The notes beneath the pieces were generated by a model. It did not search any database and had not been told where the DNA came from. It saw only the letters and a program-made list of their open reading frames with translations. Positions 27,001 to 40,549 of a stretch of 64,000 bases of DNA are shown in pieces. The DNA comes from Perna viridis (Eukaryota). Where the stretch lies: the NCBI GenBank assembly GCA_037379345.1, contig CM074517.1, forward strand, positions 43,690,500 through 43,754,499. Direction: 5' to 3'. Numbering within the stretch: position 1 is the stretch's first letter; every line of letters begins with the position of its first letter. The translations under genes and the position numbers were made by a program.

Positions 27001-30000
27001 AAGTAGCTTCAAAGAGTGTCTGGTTTAGACAGGTTTTGGGTTTATTAAGTTTAATTTAGACAGGTGGTTTATTCAGGGTTCAGTTTAGACAGGTTTTTGA
27101 TTTATTCAGTCAGGTTTAGACAGGTTTCACAGTTAAGATAAATGCATGTACATTTTGAATATTTTAAAATATTGATACTTAACACTTAAGAAAATACATG
27201 TTTACCAGTATCATTTAATTTTACTATAAAAGTTCAGATGACTAATAAATGTAAATGAGATCTCAACGACTAAAAGGACAAATTCCTTCGTTGTAGAAAA
27301 ACATGAAAAGTGCATATATATATATTTTTCAAAATGCCATGAACCAAAAAAGAAAGTAAGATAACAAAGTGGATAGAATACCTCCTGTTTGGTTTTCTCC
27401 TGTTCCTGTATTTTCCTTTGAACTGATTTAATTCCCATATGTACAGCATTTTGTGGAGACAATTTTCTAGAACCAGATTCAGAACTATCTGATCTATCAT
27501 CATACGAGTATTTCCGAGAACTTTGGTCAGGACTGTTAACATAGTTCCTATCACCATAACGACTAGAATTACTTGTAATATCACTATTGCTGTAAGCATG
27601 ACTTGGTCCATAAGTAATATGAGACGAAATATGTGAATCAGTCGCAGTCCTACGAATAGGATCATTAATATATCGTGGCTGTGTATTAGAAAAGTCAACA
27701 CTTCCAGTATGTGTTAGAAGATCTTTGGGTCGTGATGGGGCTCGACTTAGTGAGTAATGATTCGTTCCAGTAGGTGTTACATTACTATTGCGAATATCGT
27801 CACTATTTGTCGATGAAATAGATGAGTGTAATCCAAATTTCACTGGTTCAAGGTTAGATTGCACAGAATTAGATCTAGTGAACAATGACTCTGATGTAGA
27901 CATGGATGAATTTGAACGAGTCATTCTATATTGTTCTTGTTCAAGAGATTCACTACTACTGGAACTAGATAATTTAGGAGCAAGGTTGCGTAACGGATCT
28001 GTACGTTGGGGACTAAACAAGTCGGAGGATTTCACGGGGCTTCTATTTTTAACAGTATCCTCTTCACTACTGGCTGACCCAGAACTGGATCCCTGTCGAA
28101 CCACTTTAGGACTAGAAACAAAGTGCTTTGCACTAGTAAATTGATGTCTATACACAGGATTAGAAAATGACAATGGTTGAAGAGGAGTTTGTGATGTGTG
28201 AGATTTTGATGAAAAGTCATGTGATGCAGGGTCAATAGGTGAACTGGATTGACTGTATCCAAATGACTGGTACCCAGATGAAGCTATCGTCGATAGTTGA
28301 CTAATTGACATCTGGCTTCCGTTCATATTGTGATCAGATTCCATTGATGAGTTATGTACATCCTCATCCGCGAAAGACAAAAGATCAATATATTCTCCTT
28401 GATGATTTTCTGCAACATTCACAATTTCATTCCAGGATTCATTTACTCTTTGTTCATTTGTTTTAACAGAAACATCTGACACATCAAATTTGGAATTCTT
28501 ATAAAATCCAAAATCATCCTCTTCCAAATTATTTTCGGAATCGAACACTCCCGATTTTGAGCCCCTTCGGCCACGTAATACAGGAATATCATCTTCTCCA
28601 CAATGTCTGAGCATTTCCCTGAGTATCTCCGTAGGTGACGTGCTAGCCTGTGGAGGCATATTGACTAGGTTATCATAGATTTGGGATTTCCTATTCTGTT
28701 TTGGAGGAGGCACCACTTGCCCAATATCTGGATTTTCAAATGCTTTCGTTAAATTGCTTAAAATGGTTGGCAATTTTCCAAGACTGGACATGGTTTCCTA
28801 TTAATACAAGTTAACACAATCAAAGTACAATTATTTAATCTATCATCTTATTGGTTAAAAGAAATATCACATTCTGAAATGCAAATAAAAGCAACAAAAT
28901 TTTAAATAATGTCACATATACCCCATTCCTGTTTGGTGCAGGCTTGTTATTTAAAAGTTATCAGTAATAAATGATATAATGCTTCAAGTTTAATGTAATA
29001 TCTTGAACATTCAGTAATCTACATTTGATTAAGAAGTTAAATCTAATTGTGATACAAGATATAGGAATAAACAAATTTACAAGCTGAAAGTTCCAAAAGT
29101 TAACACCCATTAACTTCTGTTATAAAAAAATATTTACCTGATTGCACTTTTCAAGAGATTCAGTTAATAGATTGTACAAGACAGATAGCTCCTTTCCAAG
29201 ATCAATATACCCATCAAACTCTAGAAACTGGTTGGCACCATTTGTTTCTGTTGTCTGCAGAAAAAGAAAATGAAAATTATAAATCATAAATGATAGAACA
29301 AATTTAACAAAATTTGAACAATATAAAAAAAAAAAAAGCTTCTTTTCTACCCTTTAATGTTTTTAATCCAAGAAGAGAAATGGGAAATTGATTCCAGCTA
29401 AAGATCTTTTAAGTTTTGGATTATTCCCCTTACTTTAGCTTCATTTTATCTGAAATCAAATCCATGAATTTAATGGGTTTTTTTTCCATCTTACCGAAAT
29501 TTGTTGAAGAAACATGGTCATACTGTCTCTATGGCGATCAATGAAGTCATTCATAAAGGTCATGTACTCTTCTTTGGCTCCAAATCTTTAACAGATGCAA
29601 AAAAAAACCAGAATGAAATAAAAAAATAAAGAATATTGACCTGTCTATCATTGTATGTAGCATAGTTTTTTTTATTATAATATATTATTGGCACAGAGTT
29701 CAAATTCTTCATGAATTGTTTCTACAGGGAAAATAATTTTTATATCATTCTTACAGGTCTACCAGACAACTTTTCTATATCAATTTGTACCCACTGTTGT
29801 GCTAGGTTTTCCCTCACTAGCCACGAAAGCTCAACTTAACAGGAAATTGATATTCAACAGCAACCAAAATCAATCCAAATTTACTGCACCCTTTATATAA
29901 AGCCACATAAAAATATTTGAAATCAATTCATCATTCGATGGTTAAGATAGTAGTGATAAAATTTGAATGGATAGAATGGCGGAGGAACACGGTGATTCCA

Positions 30001-33000
30001 ATACACCATGAACTCATTCAGTGGGGAATGTTACTTACTTGGTGAAGTTGGCAAGAGTTTGGATTGTCTTGGCAAGAAGAACTAGGTTCCTAGCAGCTTT
30101 ATCTGGAGGATACTCTGAAATAAATTTTACATCACTGAATATTTTTATCTGTAAGATGTAAAAGCTTGGGTTTTTCCAGTGACCATGGGTTTGTCCTATT
30201 TTAATTTTTTCTGCTAATTAGTAACACAGCAAAGCCTTGTCTAAACCACTATCTGAGGTCTCATCATGTTGGTTTCAATGCATTTTGGACCTATGTTTAC
30301 TGAACACCTACATGACATTAATAAAACTTAATTGGTTTTGGCTCATACAGATTTCACTGAGTTATCCACTGAAACATATTTTGATGTGTTGTACTTCCAG
30401 ATGGTAACTTAATTTGTGAACATTTCATAAAAAACTTTTATTACAAGGGCAAACAAGGAAAACCAGCATACAGTTTATTTTCCCAATTTCTTACCTCTAG
30501 TTAAATTAAATAGACTTGGAGACATAATAGCAGGACAAAGAAATCTCAGAAATATGGAGGCACTTATTAGATTATCAGCAACATTTTCTCTTTCTAAATC
30601 AGCACATCTACCTCTAAAATTTGTGAAAACATCTTTCAGCTCACTACAATAGAAAAAAAGTAACATAATTCATTAAAAACTGCATGTAGATTTTAATTAA
30701 AAAAAACAATGAATCTATTAGAAATTCACAAATTGCTCCAAAAACAAAAAAATCACACATTAAATTCATGTTATTCTTTTGAAATAATCTTCAGTTCAAA
30801 AGTGTCAGTAAGTATGGCTTTACATATGAAACCAAACACATAATCAATTTAACTAAAAATAACAACACTGTAAATTATAAACTTCAAAATTTATCATCTG
30901 ATCATTGCTGTCTAAATTTTAAAACTACCAAAATGTAAAATTTTGTCAGCTCAGGAAAATTGCAACCTGCCTCATACTAAAAACTGTAAAGATATGTACA
31001 AGTAAATGTACCATAAAAATAGTTTTACTGTACATTACGAACTTGACAACATAATGATAGATTACCTTGGAAAATAACAGTGTGAGTTAATAATTTTAGC
31101 GAATGCCATTTCACTGTACATGTCTAAGAGGCGTTTATGATTCTGTAAGAACTGTTGAGGAACTTTGGTAGGATCTACTTCACAATCATCTTCTGATTCT
31201 ATCAGGGACTTTACAAATTCTGAGAGGGTGTCGTGTAAATACTGTAACAATGAATAAAAAAAAAATAAAAATAATGAAACACTGAGTTTATAAAATAAAT
31301 TTCAATAGCCAGACCGGGTAAGTATGTGTTTCATTGATATTTTAATGATAAAAGCACAAGATTTCATGTCCAAAATGCAGTACCATCACTAAAATGGTCA
31401 ACTCCAATGAAGTAAATGATATCAAATCTTATCTTACTACACTGACTTGAATGCATGCAATTTCAACATGGTTCAAAACCACACTTCTATGAAGTCATTT
31501 ACTGATCAATCTACTTATTAAACTCAATAGTTCATGGTTTGTCATTAAAACTGAATAAATGCTTCAATAATCAAAACAACCTGACGGTAATCTAAAAATG
31601 TATGCAATTTCAAATAAATAGGAAAAAAAATAGAAGTTATCTCCCTTTGACTGTGTAATGACCTTCCTCACCTTTTCACCAACTAGTTTCATGTAAGCCT
31701 CCATGGCCTTGGTTCCTATTGAATTCCCTCTCATTGTCAGGTGGTTGTTATCTGAAATTAAATCACACCATGTGTCAATATCACATTTTACTTGATAATA
31801 ACTTCCTTGTATATTTCTTTCTGAAAGAAAATTGAGCAATTGCTAGTCATTAGACCAAGGTCAACATGAAAAGACAGTTTCAATGTCCTCAATCGTCCCA
31901 GACAGGTGTTACAAGATTGTATTCTAGTCAGTTAAAATAATATATAATATTTAACCACACAGTTGGTAAACAATACAAAGAATTAGAGACTGTATTGACT
32001 CAGTTGGCAACAACAATTTTTTTGTAATGTCTCTCTGTAACATAACTGCTCTCAATTTCTTAGTAAGCACTTAGTTTTTCTCTACTGGTTTTTAGAACCA
32101 AAATACACCCAAAAATACAATGTACTGAATTAAATTAAGTTATCAGGCTACATGCTCATTTAAACTTTTCTAAGTATTGCCTAATCTTGGCTTCAACTGG
32201 CAAAGCCAATACAAAATAAACACCATAGTCTCCCTAACCCTCCCAATAAATGGTTTCTAACAAAAGTTAAACCATACCAAGTCGACTGACTTCAGCCATG
32301 ATGACATCTGTAAGAAAATCTTTGGCTTTGCCCAGCTTCTCTAAAACATGTACCAAACATGTTGCTATATCTTCCTTGTCTTTCACACTAACAACTGGTT
32401 CAAGGGCATTACACAACTGTATGTACTCTGTACTGACATACTGAAATAAATACAAAGAGTTTGATAAAGGTACAATTTCTAATAAAAATTGGAATGCTCA
32501 TTTGTATAAAAAATGTCCAATTATCGTGTCTTTATATCTAATTTTTTTTTTTTTTTTGGGGGGGGGGGGGGGGGAAGGGTTGCATTGAATGCGATTAACT
32601 TTGGTCCTGTTAGTTTATGTACTTTCATAAGACTGAGCAAAATTTACTTTCAATACCATCAACTTTCTGTTTTCATCATTCATGTTATGTAAAGCTCTGA
32701 ACTGTGACCACCACTAAATTTTATACCTGAAGAGTTATAGTACAGGATAATAATTGTGAAGCACATTCTACAACAGCGTAGACCTATACTAAGTTTTAAT
32801 AATGTATCACAGTATTAATATCATTAAAGACCTGAGAACAGAAAAAGTTTCTGTTGTAGCAAAGGCCGTTACTTTAATGTTCAGTATCTGATTTTATCCA
32901 CAGGTTAAAAAGGTCAACAGGTGAAGTTATATATCTATATTAAAATTTGTATGCTTTTCAGATATTGTAAAATAAACTTTTACAGAGGCCTTGAACAGGA

Positions 33001-36000
33001 AATTAAAGTTATGTTAAATTTTACATCATAAATACCACAATTTGATATACATTTATATTTATCATGCTGTGAGACACTGTAAACCTGATAGGAAAGTTCT
33101 TTGCTAGGTGATGCAGTTTCTATATATTTAAAACAGAGGAACTTGGCATTATGATTTCAGGTTTTTTTTTCTTCAAGAGCTTAATTATATCTATATCTAC
33201 ATAACACTTTTTGACTTCCCAGTTCTGCATTCTTATTTTTCAGTTTTGAAGAATTTTGGACAAATCAGGTTTAAAACATTTAAGTAATGTCCTAGTCATC
33301 CCTTTTAATCAGAGAAGTGTCTTCTATATTCAGGGTTTAAGACTGGCTCCAGCCCTAATAACCATTCAATTCATCTTCTCATTGACCTTAAAGTCAGGTT
33401 TCTTATTTCTTCAGAATTTAAATGAAGACAATGCTCGTGTGTTAGAATCTCAACACCCCTTTACCCTTAATGTCTTCTGGTTCATTATTCCTCTGACATT
33501 ACCTGTGAAAATTCTTGGTATGTATCAACAGGAAGAATTTGTACAGTATGGTAGCGAGCCTTAATCCTAATCAATGGATTCTCGCTCTTATTCTCTTTTC
33601 CTACACGTCCAACAGTGCCAGACATAGAGTTAAACCATTTCTCTACATAACTACGGCCACTGATTTCTGAAGCTGGGATGTTAATATAACCTGAAAAGAT
33701 AAATGCAGAATTTAGACCATTTTGTCTATTTGCTTTTGTTGAATTCATCTTCATGTCATAGAGTACAGACTGTAATTTAAGTTAGAATTAATAGCTTTAA
33801 AACATTTGGTAATTCCTGTGTAAAATAGGTTGTTTATACAATGCACATTTTTCACATAAACATGCACCTACTTAAAGTGCATTTAAAACATCAGCAAATG
33901 AATGTGGTATACATTTTATGGTGTCTATTATAGTAATTATGAGCTGTTAAAGGGTAAAGTATTAGGCTGAGTTATGAATGGGTAAAGTATTGGGCTGAGT
34001 TGTGAAAGGGTAAAGTATTGGACTGAACTGTAAAAGAGTAAAGTATTGAACTGTTTCAGGAAAGAACCATCAGAACCTCACATGGAAGAAAACTGCACTT
34101 AGGACTGTAGGTATCAGTCTGTGATTTTCCTAATCATCAATTAATTGAAAATTCTGTAGAGATATTGTTATTCATGAAGCTGAATGACTACCCCTATATA
34201 CACATTTTGTGACTTGTTAGATAAACTAAACCCTAGTTTGTTTGTGTTTCTTTTTTGTCTATATCTTACCAATTAACTGGTTTCTATCTTTCTTCTTCTT
34301 TTTGTCTGCTTCTCTGTACAGATTAACTGTGACTATTTGAGTATCTCTTAAATTACTGAAAAGGAAATAAATTCAAATGAACCATCAGTGATATCTGCAC
34401 TTCACCAGAAAATAACATGTAAATCTGTCCATAGATTTCATATCCCTGATTCATTATTCTTATCACAATTAGCCAGTTAGGTGCATTTGTTTTTATTTTT
34501 ATGAACTTTAAAGAGAATATTTGAAATTCTATAGAGCTGTAGATATCAGTGAATGATTAATGAGATTAACTGTTCAGTATGAGCTCCCAAAACACTATAA
34601 AGGCTGTTTGTAAACAAAATCAATAGGCTCTTTGATGACACATCCAATGAGTAATCTCCCTTTATCAAACACATGTCCAGACCATAAATATTGACATTTA
34701 TTATTTATTTACAATTCTATCTTCATTTATCTATTTTTACAATCAGTCTAATTATAACCTCTCCAAAATCACCTAGTTGGTATTAATAATCATATTATTA
34801 TAACAAGGCTATTTTAGTCCAGGCAGGTAACCACACACCTGAATGTTTTACATGTATTATTAAGATTACATCATGTACATATTTATCAATTGATAAGGGA
34901 CTGTTTGTCACTGGTAACAATGTAATCAGCTGTTATGAAAAATTACATGAAAATGGACAATGAAATGCCCATCGAAATTCTTGTTACCTAACCTATGACC
35001 TCATAGCAAAATATGAAGGATTAACATGACAGAGGATTCCCCAGGGGTTAGTGGGGGTGTAAAAACATTTCACAGGATGAGCAATTCGGCCTTTTGTAAA
35101 GTCATTTCATTTAATTCTGATTTTTTTGCGCATGCTGGTCAAACTTTACAGCTATGTGGATTGGTATCCTGGATTCAGGTTGAGAAAATTACGCTTTCCA
35201 GAGTGACAACTTACTTGAATTCAAAATGCTCTCCCCAGAACAGCATTTCAGACTTCATCTTGCTGGAGGTCCTGGCATACAAAACTTTATCCAGACAAAT
35301 TTCACAGAAATATCTGAAAAACAAGAAAGAATTTCTAAATTATGCAATTATCCATCAACTTACACAAAGGTTAAGTGAAGTTTGCAGGCCTTCAGTTAGG
35401 GTTAAGTGTTTCTTCATAAGTATTTCACAAAAAGCTTCAAAGAATTTTGTGACACGATGATTGCAAAAGATGGATTGCATTCTCCAGTTCAGAATCTTTC
35501 AACGAAACTCTTTACAAAATTGTACAGGAATGTGAGCATCTGTAGTTTGTAAAATCTGCCATTGACAGCAAAGCCATGTAAAATAGGTAAAACAATTTAT
35601 TTTTTCCTCTATAATACTGGGTTTTCATACTGCCATCTTGGCATAAGAGATCACTGTCCTGAACTTATCTAAGCACCACTAATTCATCATAAATTTTAAA
35701 TTAATTTAGGCCATGAGAAAATACCCTTCATCCCAGGTGGTTCAATTATCAAATAATAGCAGATAGCTGACCATGTGATGCCCAGACACGAACAGCTGTT
35801 AGCCTGGAATTTTTATGACATATTTAAACAGATCAAATTAAAATAACAGTCTTGATGAACCCTAAACCAAATCATAACTGTATATCTGACCAAAGGATCA
35901 AACTGCCAGTGAATATTTTAATTGATCCCAAATGTGCTGCAGAATAACTTCAAGTTAATGTACTGGTAAAAAACTATAGAGAACTGCAGTCCCCTGCAAA

Positions 36001-39000
36001 GTACATTTTTGTACTTAGCCATGTAAATCTCATAAAATCTAGGTATCCAGCAGGACTGCAGTTGTGTTAAAAGGATTCAAGTCAGCAACATTATGGCCTC
36101 ATTATATACTAGAACATAAGTGTTTGCTTGGCACTGACCTCTCAGTCAACACACTATATTTCATTAATAATAAAACTTGATCAATTTTTAGATTAAGAAG
36201 TAATTTAAATGTCATTTTCCCATCAAGTTTCCTTGAGCATACAAAAAATGCAAGTTCATGTCATTTTGAAATAAATTTTGACGATTTCTGTGTTGATATT
36301 TCCGGTGATGAGTGAATAAGAGGATCAAAAGTAAAATAAACATCCTGCATTCAACCCATCGAAACCTGTCAAGCTTAAATTTCAAATACAGCTGAAACCC
36401 TTCACAGAGAGTGATAAATTTTACTGAAAGAAAGATATCAATCTATTGCCAAAAAGAAGGTAAAAATTTGATCAGTGCAGAAAGAACAAAACATTCAAAT
36501 GAAGTACTTTCATAAAAGTGTGTTACAACCTCATGACTCCTTCAGGAGGATAAATGCTTGGGTCAAACAAGATAAATCCTGGGAATATAAAAGTGTTTAT
36601 CATGTTTCACAACATTTTCCCACATTAATTTTCCTGGTCAAAAGTTGGATTAAACTTAAAACCATCATAGTTGTATGAAATGAATCTGCCACATCAAATT
36701 GCATCCATTAAAACATATACATTTCTATTTTAAACAGTGGGACCAACCAAGAGAAAAAGTTAAAGAATGTCACTTTTTTGTTGGTGACATTGTAAAGTAC
36801 CAATATACCCTTGCTATTATCGTTTTTCATTCTTTTTCATCATTTTTCATGCTTTTAACCATGTGACAGGTGACAAAGCAGAAGGACACAGGTCATTTTG
36901 TACCTCACAATAAAAGAGTTCCAGCATATTTGTTTACATCTCCCCTGAATGGTTAAACTAATCCTTTTGTACCCATTGATATATAATCTCTATAAAGACC
37001 CAGTGGGAAGTCACTTTTTACATGGCTTTTGCCATTATGAGTGACTTAGACATCAGAAATAACTAGTTTGATGAATGCCAAATTTTTATCATATTTGGCA
37101 GATGGTAAAACACTGACTAGGAGACAACACAACAGTCTTGCAGAATACATTCAGATATTTCTAAATGCATTTTTTGCATTTAAATATTTTCTAATGTCTA
37201 AAATTACAAAATGAATCTTTTTAATGGGTTAAGAGTACTTAACAGGTGTTTAAATCTAAACATTACCACAGAGGTGAATTAAATTTCTCTTTCAATTAAC
37301 TGAGAGCCTGTTATTGTGGTCTTCAGTAACACAATATACCTTACAATTATGTTCTTAAATAATGTTTATAGTGCACTTTTCATATTATCAACCTCTCCCC
37401 CCTTTAATACAATTTAATACCCAAAGAACACGCAACAGGGCTACAAAAAGGTTAGAAGATAATGCAAGTAAATAGTTGCTGACTAGAATACAAATACACA
37501 GATATTAAGGTTTTAAGTCCCTATTTTCAGAGCAAGAACTAATGAATCTTGTTAGTAATCAGTCTCTAATTTTGTGATAGAACATGATATTAACCAATGA
37601 AATATCATTCTAGAGGTCAGAGGTTAAACAGATTTCCTTTTTGATCATCTACTTTAAATTCAGTTTTGTTCCTTCAAACACTTAATTTATCAAGAAATTC
37701 GTGAGACAACTCATCTTGTTCAGAAAACTTCCCTGAATAGTAGTAATTCATCATTCTGGAAAATTAGAAACTCATGTAGATTAAAGCAAACTTTAATATA
37801 CATTACATTAGCCAAGTTTCCGCAGTGAAAGAGGGCACATACATGTATAGATCAAACACAGTTGAATGACTAGTAAACATCATGTATCATCTGGATAGAA
37901 TTGTAACTTCAATATCTATGTAGAACTGTCAACAAGTAAGTTATACATAGAGAGCTGTCCAAATATCTTCCTTTAATCAGGGGTTCATATTAGTGGTGGT
38001 CTGAAGACGGACACCCTAAACTTCTGACCCCAGGACCTTTAACCTTTTAATTGACACATTTATATCATCAGTTTATAATTTTTTCAAGTAGACCATTGCG
38101 TTATATATTACAGGGAGACTTGTAGCAAGTCTAACATAGTGTCAAATTTTACAATATTCTGATCAGATTTCCAAGTGCTAAGGTGAACAATCTTTATGAA
38201 CAGTGCATTTTTTATAGCTTTGAACTGTTTTCACCCAGATAAGCAAACCATCAAACATGATACATCAAAAGAAAGGCAGGCGGTTTCCTTATCTCCTTTA
38301 GCTAATTACTCCACTTCTCCATTCAAGTACATGTACTGTGATCTTAAATTTCAAGATGTTAAAAGGTACACATCACCATGAACCAGAACTTGATCACAGT
38401 GTAGCTCAAAAATAAATAGCAGTACTTTTCTCATGGAGCAAGAAGCATTGAAACAAGTAAGGGAAGTTAAAAAGTGAGGTGGGGGGGTTATCATGAATCA
38501 GTCACCTATGGCTAACTTGCTGGTGGACTGACTTTTTTTATTACGTCAGATGAGCTGGTTATATATTGAGAATGATACTCACTTCTTTTTAGCAGGTACA
38601 TTTTTGGCTTCTTTGATCCATAGCTTTAGGGAATTGTCAGTTCTTCTGATGTGTTCTTGGTTTGGTTGAACAGACTTTCTCAAGCTGTAATACCAGAAAT
38701 AAAAACATGTTTGATCAGTGATCATATCCAGAAAAGAATGATTGTTATAATTCACTATGAAAATGAGTCAGACTTTAAACAGATAACTGTACTTTCAAAT
38801 CATCAAGACAAAAAAAACTTGGTAGATATGGGTTAATTCTCACATTAACTCTTCACCTTCACCTCCATATAGTTTAGAATAATTATGCTACAGTGAAATC
38901 TGTCTAAACTGAACCCTGAATAAACCAAAAACCTGTCTAAACTGAGGCCTGAATAAACAAGAAACCTGTCTAAACTGAGGCCTAAATAAACAAGAAACAT

Positions 39001-40549
39001 GTTCAAATAAGATTCCATCTAACTCCTTTTTACATTTTTGAAACTGTCTAAACCATCTTAAACAAAACAAATCTTTCAATGGAAGTTTAAGCCAGGTTTC
39101 ACTGTATTATATTATCTACAGTGTGTCCTACTCAAACAGCCTCTATTACAAAAATGTACCATCATCCCATTAAAAAATTGCTATTGTAAGAAGGAACTGC
39201 TTGAAGTACTTTTGAACATGTATATACAATGTATACAACCATTTCTCAGTCATGAAATTAGCCAAAATCAACATCCTTCAACAAAATGAAAAATGAGCAG
39301 GGTTTTGGGGATTTTTTTTTCTTTCAAGGTGACCATGATGAATGTAATAATAGTTAAAATATACTCTCATTAAAAGTTAGCCACATTCATCACCTGGGTA
39401 ATAACTGTGTAATTGAAATGTACCAACTAAATATCTATAAGGGTTCCAGTGTGTCTGTAGGGAGTAGTTTTAATAGAGGAGTAAACAAAACACTATAATT
39501 AATTATTTTCTACATATTAATAATGTTACTACATTTGTTTCCCTAATGTTAGCGGGGGAGTTGTACTATATACAATAAAAACAATGTCTTTTTAACATTT
39601 TCTTGTGGTTTTTGGTAAGATCAGTGGACAAAACATGGCCTGACTGTCATTTATCATCTCAGTATGAATATTTATAACAGATAATATTTATATTTATTTG
39701 TATTTAGCTTCAGGAAGAAGATTTGTTCTTAGACAACAAATATTTGTCCTTCAGTCCACAAACGTATGACAAAGTATATAACTGCCATCACATCCCTGTA
39801 ACAATGTCCAAAAAAAAGCCCTAAACTACTTCGTCTGGTAGTAAAACTGACATAATTTTTCATTAAGTATACTTGATCTGTCGACATACAAGGACGGTAA
39901 AACAAGGAAACATTTCAAGTTCAAGAGAAAAATACATTGTATCAAAACCAATGTACAGTGATATTTAATATGAACTTGGTGGTACAAACTTCCCATCACA
40001 ATAGATTACATCATCAACAATAAAATACATGTGGGAAAAGGCAAGAATAGCAGCAAACTCTGCACAAAATACTTCTTCCTTAATACTCTAGAAAAGGCCA
40101 CAAAAGGATTTCTATTTTGGTAATAAACGCCAGAAAATATTCCATAAGAATTTCAGACCCACAGCCCATAGAATCAAACATAATATATTTAGATGAAACT
40201 TTCTTGACTTAAAAAGTGCTTAACCAATTTAAAGCTTGTTTTTAACTGTTTTTAATACTATCTTGCTTCTAAAAGGGAGGGGTAGTCATTATAGCACCCT
40301 GAACCCCCTAGCTTTAAGGTTACTAACCTTCCAATCCATTTGTCTCTTTCTTCAGCAGTACGGCAGGATATGTATTTACTTCCATTTGAAGTGGATATTT
40401 GGAAACAATGGTCTTGTCCAAGAACACTCGAATGCAGTGGTTTGATGTCAAGGTCAGATGCCGTCAGGTCTATGGCATGCATGTTGACGTGGTTTGTCAG
40501 GAGGGACTCATGGGACCGTGATGATCTGATCCGAGAGTTTATCAAATTC
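23809..40549 (-). CDS. RASAL2: SynGAP/DAB2IP/RASAL2(nGAP)-family RasGAP gene, 15 shared coding exons (PH C-half, C2, RasGAP, Ser-rich region, coiled coil); 5' end variable or outside window
   Basis: Exons joined by hand with GT-AG boundaries and consistent phases give one uninterrupted frame (3418 nt plus 2 nt from an upstream exon). Motifs: RSHESLL and PH '[20 protein letters not shown]', C2 'YARTSSK..FWGEHF', arginine finger 'MRGNS', '[16 protein letters not shown]', '[12 protein letters not shown]', C-terminus 'EFKTSSC' resembling RASAL2 'EFKNSSC'. Probably co-orthologous to vertebrate RASAL2, DAB2IP and SYNGAP1. Confidence 0.95.
25736..25755 (-). CDS. Candidate 20-nt cassette microexon in the last RasGAP intron (S-CIDYIN-D*)
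   Basis: aatttcag|TTGTATCGATTACATAAACG|gtaatt; three GCATG motifs within about 85 nt downstream. Confidence 0.55.
26613..26815 (-). CDS. RASAL2: RasGAP exon: coiled coil ([12 protein letters not shown]...[10 protein letters not shown])
   Basis: Acceptor ccttccag, donor AG|gttaga; 203 nt, phase 0-2; not in ORF track. Confidence 0.93.
26923..27132. mobile_element. Degenerate copy of the CAGTGAAACCTGTCTAAAC-family MITE
   Basis: Repeated gtttagacagg motifs, end ...gtttagacaggtttcacag; similar to 38891-39104. Confidence 0.65.
27382..28797 (-). CDS. RASAL2: RasGAP large exon: Ser/Pro-rich low-complexity region ([10 protein letters not shown]...[11 protein letters not shown])
   Basis: Acceptor attaatag, donor GAG|gtattc; 1416 nt, phase 0-0; contains family-like '[19 protein letters not shown]' and 'PLSFSNPVY'. 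The ORF-track tail VFYPL... is intron. Confidence 0.92.
29138..29254 (-). CDS. RASAL2: RasGAP exon ([39 protein letters not shown])
   Basis: Acceptor ttttctgcag, donor CAG|gtaaat; 117 nt, phase 0-0; family 'F.GYIDLG.ELS' motif. Confidence 0.93.
29495..29585 (-). CDS. RASAL2: RasGAP exon ([30 protein letters not shown])
   Basis: Less common AAG acceptor after a T-run, donor CG|gtaaga; 91 nt, phase 2-0; family 'KE.YM.FMN.F' motif. Confidence 0.93.
30039..30114 (-). CDS. RASAL2: RasGAP exon ([26 protein letters not shown])
   Basis: Acceptor ttatttcag, donor AA|gtaagt; 76 nt, phase 1-2; not in ORF track. Confidence 0.95.
30495..30643 (-). CDS. RASAL2: RasGAP exon with FLR signature (ELKDVF...[24 protein letters not shown])
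   Basis: Acceptor ctattgtag, donor AG|gtaaga; 149 nt, phase 2-1. Confidence 0.95.
31066..31241 (-). CDS. RASAL2: RasGAP exon ([24 protein letters not shown]...SHCYFP)
   Basis: Acceptor ttgttacag, donor AG|gtaatc; 176 nt, phase 0-2. Confidence 0.93.
31672..31751 (-). CDS. RASAL2: RasGAP exon with arginine finger ([27 protein letters not shown])
   Basis: Acceptor aatttcag, donor AAG|gtgagg; 80 nt, phase 1-0. Confidence 0.95.
32278..32440 (-). CDS. RASAL2: RasGAP exon: GAP domain start ([33 protein letters not shown]...EVSRL)
   Basis: Acceptor tttatttcag, donor TG|gtatgg; 163 nt, phase 0-1. Confidence 0.93.
33503..33690 (-). CDS. RASAL2: RasGAP exon: C2 end ([20 protein letters not shown]...TYQEFSQ)
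   Basis: Acceptor cttttcag, donor CAG|gtaatg; 188 nt, phase 1-0. Confidence 0.93.
33952..34053. repeat. 28-bp tandem repeat, about 3.6 diverging copies
   Basis: gggtaaagtattgggctgagttgtgaaa-like units at 33952, 33980, 34008, 34036. Confidence 0.85.
34270..34355 (-). CDS. RASAL2: RasGAP exon: C2 domain ([28 protein letters not shown])
   Basis: Acceptor ccttttcag, donor TG|gtaaga; 86 nt, phase 2-1; family poly-Lys loop. Confidence 0.93.
35215..35313 (-). CDS. RASAL2: RasGAP exon: C2 domain ([32 protein letters not shown])
   Basis: Acceptor ttttcag, donor AA|gtaagt; 99 nt, phase 2-2; not in ORF track. Confidence 0.95.
38583..38684 (-). CDS. RASAL2: RasGAP exon: PH-C2 linker ([35 protein letters not shown])
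   Basis: Acceptor tattacag, donor AA|gtgagt; 102 nt, phase 2-2; not in ORF track; matches the family 'RR.DN.LKLWI.EAK' pattern. Confidence 0.93.
38891..39104. mobile_element. TA-flanked MITE (Tc1/mariner-pogo type)
   Basis: TA|CAGTGAAATCTGTCTAAAC ... GTTTAAGCCAGGTTTCACTG|TA; internal 30-bp subterminal repeats. Confidence 0.8.
40328..40549 (-). CDS. RASAL2: RasGAP exon: PH domain C-terminal half ([17 protein letters not shown]...RDKWIG)
   Basis: Acceptor tttcctttcag, donor AG|gttagt; 222 nt, phase 2-2; family PH motif. Confidence 0.93.

Noticed and set aside
27211-27381. Hydrophobic tail [12 protein letters not shown]... of the 526-aa ORF as a membrane anchor
   Set aside because: It follows a GAG|gtattc donor whose phase matches the next coiled-coil exon; the composition is what T-rich intron gives.
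27270-28262. ORFs 27270-27701, 27788-28144 and 28032-28262
   Set aside because: Alternative-frame or antisense shadows of the large RasGAP exon with no independent features.
35026-35460. 144-aa plus-strand ORF
   Set aside because: Overlaps a real minus-strand exon in antisense and has no recognisable domain.
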